Shown in pieces: positions 24,601 to 32,993 of a stretch of DNA of 64,000 nt. Origin of the DNA: Macrostomum hystrix (Eukaryota; Animalia; Platyhelminthes); the NCBI GenBank assembly GCA_950097015.1, contig CATNEN010000025.1, positions 1,922,001-1,986,000 of the forward strand. Reading direction: 5' to 3'. Positions within the stretch are counted from its first letter, which is position 1; the number at the start of each line of letters is the position of its first letter. A program made the position numbers and the translations under genes. A model generated the notes under the pieces. That model worked only from the letters and a program-made list of their open reading frames with translations. It was not told where the DNA came from and did no database searches.

Positions 24601-27600
24601 TTTTCTTGTATTTTCACATAAAAAATCACTAGACATTTCAAATTCAGGGTCTTTTTTTTCATTTTCAACTTGGTTACAAATAGTAGATAATATGGCTATA
24701 TCTATAGGCACAGCTTGCAATTCATTTTCTAAAGGGTTTCCTAATAAGTCTAGAGTAGGGTTATTATGAACACAATTTGGCTGTAGAACTTGGTCTTAGG
24801 AAAAATTATCAACACACTGTTTTTGTGCATACGATAGGCATGTGCTTGTAATCCTTCAATTGTAACACTAATATGGAAACATCCCCTAACTGGACATAAA
24901 AAATTGCTATTCCCAAAAGAATGGTATAGTTTTATATGACTTATAAGCTTAAATAAATCCTTGTGTGTATGAAGACATATACTACATTGAAATAGTTTTG
25001 AAATTACATTTTCATCTCCATTTAACATATCCTGGACAGTGGATAAGCCTACTAAATTCGTCGTTGTGGAATGGACAACGCGTAAAAACGTTTAAAAAGC
25101 ACTAATTTTTAGGTTTGATCAGAACGAATTGCACGCAACAATCTAAATGTTCGAAGTTAGTAGAGTGAAACAAAAGTTCCCAACATATTTTTGATCTGTG
25201 TTAGAAATGCGCTTATACCTGTTAAAAGGAATACAATATATGATTCCTTTAATTTAAGGCATTTAGAGCTTTCGATTGATGCAATTAAATTTGACGGATA
25301 ATTTTATTTGTGTTTTTATGCGGCAAAAAATACGGTGGTATAAAACCTAAATTTATTTCCAGTCCGATTTTCTCTATAAAATCTCGCGTGTGCTTAAAAA
25401 AATATCATTTGAGGGCACTTGAAAAAATTTCATTCGTTTTCTCTGACCAAAAAAATCGGACCTTCAGTCATGAAGGTCCGCCTTCAGGCATGAAGGTCCG
25501 CATTATGCAATTCGGACCTTATCTGGACCCATGAGATTTACAGTGTAGCTTACTGAATGTGCACCAAACAGCAATGGCAGATCAGCCACAAACATTTCAA
25601 GATATCGATGAGCACACTCATACCAATCACTGAACCTCGGGGAAGTGAATACATAAAAGGCATAGTGCAACTTCAAGAAATGACAATAAAAGTTCTCCTT
25701 AAGATGACGCTTAAAAAGAAAAGGACCAAAGAGGACCAAAGCACAAGCAAAATCGATCGATCAAAACTCAGACGCGTTAAAGTTAAGAAGATCAACATCA
25801 AATCGACAATGATGGCGCTGAAATTCAGCTGGTGTGAACTTGCGATAATATGCAATGTCATCAGATAGCTGGCATAAAACATCCTTATTAAATCGAGCTT
25901 CAACATTAAACGAATGGACTTTCCTGCAATAAAAAATTAACAACTTTCTGACAATACCAAGACAAACCAAATGTTGATAATCAACAGGAAATTCGCAATA
26001 GAACCGAGAAAATTCAATCAAAGGTGACACATGACTCTGGTTATCTTCTCGATATGCTTGGTAAAATTCATCAGTGCGACTGTCTCTAACAGTCGTTGGA
26101 AAAACCATGCGATCTTGAATTCGAATAGCTGTGCAACGACAATATGAACATCCTTTGGCAGCTGTATGACCAAGGACACCTTGAACATAAGCACTGGCGG
26201 GAGCATCACAAATAAATAGCATTATACCGGCCAATTTTAATATTGCACCCAGAAATGTTCAATCCAGTATAGCGTAACAACTTGACTTCCTCAACAAATT
26301 CACGTAGAAACAACTCTAGATTGGCCTTTTCTTGGCCATAATACAAAGCGACAGCAAAAGGAAAAGAAATACCTTCAAATGACACTAAAATTGGCCAAAG
26401 TGATTCAGGGGCGCTTCGAAAAAGAGGCAAGCCATCAATATTTACCTTTCAAGAGATAACAAAACTTTTTTTGTGAGATAGGTTAAACAATTGGCGTTCA
26501 CAACAAAATTCAATGTTGTTCTTGAGTGAAATATAAGTATAAGTTCCTGAACCAATAGTAAAAATGATTCCTTGCGAACGAATCATATTCTTTTGAAGTA
26601 AGTAAACAGTACGGGGAACAGCAACACCAAATTGGGTAAGGATTTGCAATAAATGAACAATTGATCGTTTTGGCAAGTTAAACATGATAACAAAGCACAA
26701 TAAAGCTTTATGGAGAGCAGCATCAGTAGAGTCAGTTGAAGCTTCAGATCTAGAAACTAGCTCATTGCCAATGTCCTCTTCATTATCCTCATCAGCCCAG
26801 TAATATTCTGGCTCATCAATGTCGATGTCAGCATCTAAGGTCAAGTCATAATCTTCCTGGGCTGTCTCTTCAAATTCTTGCTGTCGAAGCAGAGATGAAA
26901 CTTCTTGATCCAAAAACTTCTTTTGGTTAATTGTTAGATCTTGATTATCTAGATTTGGGTCAAAAAGCATAGTATCATTATCAAGCCCAAGATTCATTCT
27001 TTCATCACATGATTTATTGACTTGGCGGTAAAATTTGGACTTTGACATTATCAGAAATTGTAAAAATATTTTAGTTATAAGTTACATAATCTCGTAACAT
27101 ACATAGATTAAACTTAAAATTGAAATTAATGATTTATGATCACAAAACTATGCTTAGGACCTATATTGACTTGACATAGAAAACGAAGTATAAAGTTATA
27201 AACAAGGACCACTAGAAGAAGATGTACTCCATATCTTGCTTATTCTGCATCGAAATCATACCTCTTCCCATTTCTTTTCTTTTCTTCCCAGGCTTTTTCT
27301 TTTCTTCCTGGCTTCCAGGCATTGTCTGATTTCCATTATTTCCGAACATTGACTGTGTTCCACCACTTCCGAATAGTGGAGGGATACCTGGCTGCTGATT
27401 CATCAGCACCGCTATTATCAGCATAATAATCGACATCTCTATGAATTCTTCGTTCTTCTTGATAATCTCTCTATTCTCGATTGAGGCCGTTTCTCTAATC
27501 CCACCGCTGCCAACAAAGTTGTAACAGGGCTTATCACTACTTTTCTCTCTCTTGGTAGCGTATTCTTCTGGCCTCCTTTGTTGCTTATTTCTCTCTAACT

Positions 27601-30600
27601 CTTTGTATTCTCCCTTAAATCTTATCTTGGTGACCCTAAAAAGGGTCGTTTTAACTCCACAACTCTTACGTTGTGAGCTTCCCTTAAGGTGGCGCTTTTG
27701 CACTGGCACGAGCGGTTTATCCTTCTAAGGCACTAGGTCTCTTATTCTCCAGTCTCAGCTGGGCGTTTCTCCAGGATTAGAGGGTGACAGCCTCAACCTC
27801 TGTCTTATCTCTACACTGGACAATATCTTCTTGATATATTGAATGACACAACAATTTCACTTATTCAAAAGGTGGTACTCAGTTATTGCCTTTGGCTCAC
27901 TGGCGAGGTATATTTTTAACAGCAAGATTTTCCTCAATTATATAGTGTTCCTAAAATTAGTTTTAATACAGTATTTTTCTATAATAAAAAATTATTTGTA
28001 GTATATGGCATATAAAATATATAGCGCAAAAATATTGAACTGTTACAACCTGCCTTCTCTAATAAAAAATGGAAAAAAAGACATAAGTGATATTTTTTTT
28101 CACAACAATTACATCAAAACACGACGCAGAAAAGTACAACACTCAGAAAGAAAAATACTAAAATAACACTCGCAATTAAAAAGAAACTGTCTTTTTGCCC
28201 CCTCAAAGCAAAGTCTAAAAGTAAACAATTATTCAAAGTCACATTGCTCCGGAAGCTCCCGATAGAACGACCAGCCGAGCTGCCGGCTCACCCATCGGAC
28301 TTTTATGGCCAAGAGGCGCCGGAATGCCGTCCGACCATCCGCAGTGATGGCTCGCCGAACCGTGGCACAGATGTCCTACAGAACCGCTATGGCGTTGGTC
28401 CGCGATAGGCGTTCCCGCAGAACTCGGATGGCCGGCCATACTTAGTCTTGGTGACATACTTGGTGACTCGCCTGTAATCCGTTGTTTCCATGGATGACAA
28501 GACGTTGCCTGCCGGAGGCTGCTGTTGCTGAACCGGTGGTTCCCCGCCTGCTGTAGCGACTGGGCGGCTGGTTAATTGCCGCCTTAAATTTGGTTGCACC
28601 GTGAGTTGACGGCTGCAAGCCATCCCGTCAGCTCCTCGAACCGCTGTTTTTACTGGGGTAGCTGCCTGTTCAAGCAGTAGCTGTCTCCGATCCCTGGCGG
28701 CTGTGGTCGCGCTAGCGGGCCCCGGCCGCTCCTCCGCCTCCAGTCGGACTCGCTTGCCGCCGCTGCTATTGCTGCCTCCACCGTTGTTGCCGCTGCCGCT
28801 GAGGCTGCCGAGGTTGCGGCCATTGCCGCTAACACTGCTGATATCATTAACACCGTGGGCGCGCCGGTTGGTACGGCTCGAACTTCTGCCGCCTTGGCTA
28901 CTGTCGTCGGCGATGCTGCTGCTGCCGTTATCGCCAGACGGCAATCGCGGTCTCGTGGGCTGCCTTTCCGGAGCTTCTGCAGGCATATTTTCGTCTTCCA
29001 CCAGGCCGTATTCTTCCTGGATTGCTTTCAGAAGAGCTTCGATCTCGTCCGGCTCTTGCTCTTCGCGTCCTTCGTCGTTGTTCATTCTTAGTAGCGCGTG
29101 AATTTTGCTTTGTTTGCTTTTAGCACATGTCTCTCCAGGGGTCCAATTAATCCGTTATTTATACCCACCTGGCCAAAAACTGGACCTATTCAAAGGTCTC
29201 CCGCGCCCTACCTCTTACTTTTGACACCCGAAAATCAGCCCTTAATTTGAGACTTAGAGCAATTCTCAACCTTTTCTAACAAGGTTGGTGTCCTTATAAA
29301 GATTTCTTTCCGTAGATTATTGCTGATTTTGAATCACTTTTCTAGCTTCATTATTTCATGAAATAATCGTATTTTAATGCTTTTAATCCGCAATTAAAAA
29401 CTAATTAGCACTGATCCTTATGGGAAAGTGGTTACGTCATCACTCTCACCTTTCATAATGGCGAGGATATTGAGCTTGGATGTGCTTTCACGTTTACTCA
29501 CAGTAGCATGTCGCACAGTTGTCACATATTCTTTTTCATCACGTCACTCTTTTAATTAATTCTCACAACTGAAAAGGTGACCAGTAATATTTGCTTTTGA
29601 CCATCTGTGTCACTTAATTTAACTGGCATGCGGGCAATATCCGATTTCCTAATTTATTCATGTTGACTAATCTACCTTCTCTAACCTATTTACTCTGCTT
29701 ACATAATTTCTTATTTGATTATTCATAGGCCACGTGCCTTCTCAGATTTCACACAGGAGTCTCCCCTTATTTCTCTAGGCATCATTTGCCTCTCTTAAAT
29801 ACACTTCAGGCCATAACAGCGCCCTTATTCAGATAGGCCTCTTCAGGCAATCTTCTGTGCCTCTTCACTTCTTGCTTCAGGCCTCTTTATCTGCTTTCTC
29901 AGGCAACCACAATGCCTATTTACATCACAGCACAGTCCTCATCTGATCATCAGGCCACAGTGTCATTCTTCAGGTAGGCCACTTCAGGCAACCTTTGTGC
30001 CTTTACAGAATTCCACAATACTGGCTCTACATCTGATCCCTCAGATCAGCACTGCGCCTTCTCAGCCTTTTGGAACTGATCACTTAGTCATGACTTCACA
30101 ACTTGTCAATGACTCTCCCAGAGTCTACTAATCTCTGGGCTTCTGGACTCCAATCCAGGAACACAGACTAGGACTGCAAAGACCAGAATCAATTTGTTAC
30201 GGTCTGTGATAGATTGGGACAAAGACCAGAATGGATTTGTTATTGTCTGTAACGGACTGGGGACAAAGACCAGAATCAATTTGTTACGGCCTGTGATAGA
30301 TTGGGACAAGACTAGATTGGATTTTTTATTGTCTGTAACGGACCGGGACAAAGACCATTATAAATTAGTAATTGTCTGTAACGGACTGGGACAAAGACCA
30401 GAATTGATTTGTTATTGTCTGTAACGGACTGGGACAAAGACCAGAATCGATTTGCTATTGTATGCAACATTCTCGGACAAAGACCAGAATCAATTCGCAG
30501 CCATTCAAACAAAGCTGTAATCAACCCGCAGATGCTAGAGGGCAGCAGCAATGGCCGTCTGCTAATGCTTAATCTGACCAGCGGTATCGTGGCCCCAGTA

Positions 30601-31104
30601 TTGGAGGGCCTGAGCTTTCCCAACGGTGTCCAGCTGCACCCGGACGGCCAGTCTGTCCTGGTGGCCGAGACCAGCGGTTTTAGAATAATTCGCTACTATT
30701 TCAAGGGTCCGCTATCTGGCCAGTCTCATCCGTTCATATCTAATCTGCCAATAGCGCCGGACAATATTCGGACAAGCTCTGACGGCCGGCATCTGTGGGT
30801 GTCCGGCAGCATAGCCAGATTAGCTGGCACCAGGAGCGGACCGGATCTTCTCGGACAGCGAACTTGGCTCCGATTGGCTGCGGCCAAGCTCCTGCCCAGT
30901 CCGCTACTGCACAGCCTAGCAACCGGTCACTATGGATTAGTGCTGCGAGTTGACATTGACAATGGCCTCATTGTGGACAGCCTTCACGATCCGGAGGGTA
31001 GACAAATCACTCACAGTTCCGAAGTTCAGGATTACAATGGCCGACTGTACATTGGAACTTATTACGGACCATATCTAGGTGTTCTAGACCTGAACAATGT
31101 GTAA
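12672..31104 (+). CDS. APMAP: APMAP / strictosidine synthase-like type II membrane protein; exons ~12672..13187, 15022..15321, 30532..31104 (start unresolved)
   Basis: GLRDRR N-terminus, TM segment, PIEP, GPESFA, LFTGTIDGRIV, CGRPLGMR, LLVADAYLGL, FFDDLDV, GRLL, LSFPNGVQL, LVAET, PDNIR and LYIGTY. Phase-0 GT..AG introns; intron 2 is 15.2 kb. Confidence 0.9.
13320..14715. repeat. 28-29-bp minisatellite (CTATGGATTCTAAGAATGAGATTTCGGAG) with a ~611-bp higher-order duplication, APMAP intron 1
   Basis: The diagnostic variant ACGAGATTTT recurs at 13621 and 14232 with the same order of flanking variants. Confidence 0.92.
14739..14940 (+). repeat. Left arm of a dispersed inverted repeat, including 23-bp CTGACAATGGG units
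   Basis: 14739-14830 is nearly the exact reverse complement of ~31250-31344. Confidence 0.85.
15340..15632. repeat. ~43-bp minisatellite (GACTGGGACAAAGACCAGAATCAATTTGTTATTGTCTGTAACG), left half; right half at 30165-30500
   Basis: The same unit occurs at both ends of APMAP intron 2, separated by the TE stack. Confidence 0.85.
16200..16790. repeat. 148-bp tandem repeat (~4 units) with internal palindromes
   Basis: GCTTGCGTCA starts at 16205, 16353, 16501 and 16649. Units carry CCAATTGAATT-N9-AATTCAATTGG (imperfect in the first and last units). Confidence 0.92.
17007..18170 (-). pseudogene. Frameshifted C2H2 zinc-finger protein followed by a helical domain
   Basis: Switching frame near 17700 joins ORFs 17672-18112 and 17007-17477 through CPYCEIFVIKNSRFSEHFQRRH and CPICNVPFAYLASHLANWH. 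Confidence 0.6.
19733..21452 (-). pseudogene. EnSpm accessory ORF2: CIDE-N-like N-terminus and SAMD3-like C-terminus, one frame break near 20060-20080
   Basis: N-terminus LRICNGSEERKKLLPASGLTLADLRIKGCLKL..VRIVTSNGFEIDDED. C-terminus DSIIAFVIVFIAFNLQHLPALEAFLEVIEVLSG. Family resemblance is recalled, not searched. Confidence 0.6.
21580..22200 (-). mobile_element. 5'-truncated LINE (L2/CR1/Crack-like) 3' end with (CTA)n tail
   Basis: Post-RT motif LFQTLVVTVITYGCKVWG..LDNIQLKFYKSLL..TSNKVILNELNILP..RYLLFWLKL. (GTA)n tract at ~21583-21605 lies 3' of it on the - strand. Confidence 0.75.
22436..25028 (-). pseudogene. Inner-element transposase (EnSpm-type), with internal deletion/insertion and stops
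   Basis: N-terminal zinc-finger CSICLHTH..HIKLYH..CPVRGC..HAYRMH. C-terminal PPDIMHDVFEG, HYICHYP and LWCMRGEAHH. The central catalytic region is not found between ~23620 and 24420. Confidence 0.8.
24018..24210. repeat. 50-bp tandem repeat (~3.7 units) with a palindrome
   Basis: CAATACG[C/T]CT starts at 24021, 24071, 24121 and 24171; each unit has ATCAAC-AATAC-GTTGAT. Confidence 0.9.
27212..27709 (-). other. Orphan 165-codon ORF in the TE stack (K/E-rich, hydrophobic stretch, G/N/Q-rich tail)
   Basis: Open frame in non-repetitive sequence; GTG start; no family recognised. Confidence 0.3.
28387..29085 (-). CDS. Orphan 232-aa low-complexity protein with an upstream TATA box, inside the TE stack
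   Basis: ATG-started, intronless GC-rich island in AT-rich flanks. - strand TATAAATA at ~29156-29163, about 70 nt upstream of the ATG. Confidence 0.45.
   Translation of the reverse strand: MNNDEGREEQEPDEIEALLKAIQEEYGLVEDENMPAEAPERQPTRPRLPSGDNGSSSIADDSSQGGRSSSRTNRRAHGVNDISSVSGNGRNLGSLSGSGNNGGGSNSSGGKRVRLEAEERPGPASATTAARDRRQLLLEQAATPVKTAVRGADGMACSRQLTVQPNLRRQLTSRPVATAGGEPPVQQQQPPAGNVLSSMETTDYRRVTKYVTKTKYGRPSEFCGNAYRGPTP
30165..30500. repeat. ~43-bp minisatellite, right half (same family as 15340-15632)
   Basis: GGACTGGGACAAAGACCAGAAT units run up to the exon 3 acceptor at 30531. Confidence 0.88.
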
Positions 31105-31184
31105 TGATAATCCAAATTGTGAAACTCTCTATCAACGAATGATTCATTTTATCAGCCGTTCGTTTTTCATATCAACTGAATTAT

Positions 31185-31344
31185 CAATTCCCATAGTCAG
31201 GTAAATATATCGATTCCCATTGTCAGGTAAATATATCGATTCCCATTGTCAGGTAAATATATCGATTCCCATTGTCAGTTATACTCGTATATCGATTTCC
31301 ATTGTCAGATTTCGAAAGTAAGATACATAAAACTTTTTAGTTAT
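31185..31344 (-). repeat. Right arm of the dispersed inverted repeat (partner of 14739-14940)
   Basis: ATTCCCATTGTCAG units followed by TTATACTCGTATATCGATTTCCATTGTCAGATTTCGAAAGTAAGATACATAAAACTTTTTAGTTAT. Confidence 0.85.
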
Positions 31345-31939
31345 CCTCCTAATATTAACCAAATAGTTTTTTCGTAGGTACAAGTTATTTAAGTATTGTA
31401 TATATCAGCACTATCATGCCCAGTTTTAATGTAAGATTGCTAATTGTAAATTTCCAGTGCCTAAAAAATGCTATTGACTCTCTAAGCAAGGAAATTCTAT
31501 TTTTTGCACTACTGTTAGTATTGTTAGTCGCGTGTGTTCTGCATCTCTTTTAATTATGAAATTTGTTACAAATTGAGTTATGAACTGAATTTTGGAGCCA
31601 ATTTTAGAAAAATTTCAAAAAGAATTCAATCATGTTATTGTTTTATTAATCGAGATGCATATTTAAATTGTTTAAACTCACAAGAAATGTGCGAATTTAA
31701 TGTACGCAACATTAAATACTTTGATTGACATTGTCTTCGTCTCCCTATCCTAATTTCGATCGGCAAATATAGGCTTCAAGTAGAATATTCGCTAGTTATA
31801 TAAAGGTTATTCACAATGCCCACGAATTTGGATACTTATGCCTAAACTTTGGCAATATCACGATTAACAAATCTATGTCGCCCCACAACTAGGGGGAATT
31901 ATTTCCATCATTTAATAAATTATCACTATCGGTGGTTAA

Positions 31940-32885
31940 ATCTTCCTTTCAGGTGGCAAATTATCCTCTCAGTTAGCAAATTATCCTCACTGGTGGCTAA
32001 TTATCCTAAAAGGTAGAAAATTATCCTCTCAGGTGGCTAATTATCCTAAAAGGTAGAAAATCATCCTCTCAAATAGAAAATTATCCTCTCAGGTAGCTAA
32101 TTGTCCCCTTTAACGTGGCTATTTATCCTCTCAGGTAGCTAATTGTCCCCTATAACGTCGCTAGTTATCCTCTCAGGTGGCTAATTATCCTATCAGGTGG
32201 CTAATTATCCTTTCAGGTAGTTTATTGTCCCTATAACGTCGCTAGTTATCCTCTTGGGTGGCTAATTATCCTCTCAGTTGGCTAATTATCCTCTCAGTTG
32301 GCTAATTATCCTCTCAGGTAGCTAATTATCCTCTCAGGTGGCTAATTATCCTCTCAGTTGGCTAATTATCCTCTCGTAGCTAATTGTCACCTTTAACGTC
32401 GCTAGTTATCCTTTCAGGGGGGCTAATTATCCTTTCAGGTAGCAAATTATCCTTTCAGGTAGCAAATTATCATCTCAGATGGCTAATTATCCTCTCAGGT
32501 AGCAAATTATCCTATCTGGTGGCTTTTTATCCTCTCAGGTAGCTAATTGTCCCTTTAACGTCACTAGTTATCCTCTGAGGTGGCTAATTATCCTCTCATG
32601 TGGCTAATTATCCTCTCAGGTAGCTAATTATCCTCTCAGGTGGCTAATTATCCTCTCAGGTGGCTAATTATCCTCTCAGGTGGCTAATTATCCTCTCAAG
32701 TGGCTAATTATCCTCTCAGGTGGCTAATTATCCTCTCAGGTAGCTAATTGTCCCCTTTAACGTCGCTAATTATCCTTTCAGGGGGGCTAATTATCCTCAG
32801 GTAGCAAATTATCCTCTCAGATGGCTAGTTATCCTCTCAGGTAGCAAATTATACCCTTTAACTTCGCTAATAATCCATCAGGAAA
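31940..32885. repeat. 20-bp minisatellite (GGTGGCTAATTATCCTCTCA) upstream of PIF1
   Basis: About 40 units with interspersed TTGTCCCCTTTAACGTCGCTAG variants. Confidence 0.93.
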
Positions 32886-32993
32886 CAAATTATCCCACCA
32901 GAGGCTGTATTTTCAGGAATATTTATTTATGAAAAAAATATATGTTCACTGTATTTTTAACGTTTTTTCACTGAAACTCAAAATTGTTTTCAG

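Larger units (their letters stand above)
18892..25545 (-). mobile_element. Inner CACTA/EnSpm-type element (6654 bp), CACTG termini, TA TSD
   Basis: Termini CACTGTAA / TTACAGTG. TA at 18890-91 and 25546-47. Subterminal GGTCCG/CGGACC repeat clusters at both ends. Encodes a transposase and an ORF2. Confidence 0.9.
18420..27048 (-). pseudogene. Outer CACTA/EnSpm (CMC)-type transposase, frameshifted and split; segments 27048..25546 and 18891..~18420
   Basis: NIDGLPLFRS..LWPIL, PFAVALYYG, ICDAPA..GHTAAKGCSYC, PVDYQHLVCLGIVRKL, then SY|NCHVLLHL..SFSAFQFEN across the insertion. Confidence 0.85.
15636..30160 (-). mobile_element. ~14.5-kb composite/nested transposon stack in APMAP intron 2 (outer termini not resolved)
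   Basis: Interrupts the 43-bp intronic array. Contains two CACTA/EnSpm-type transposase remnants, a LINE fragment and other ORFs, all on the - strand. Confidence 0.7.
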
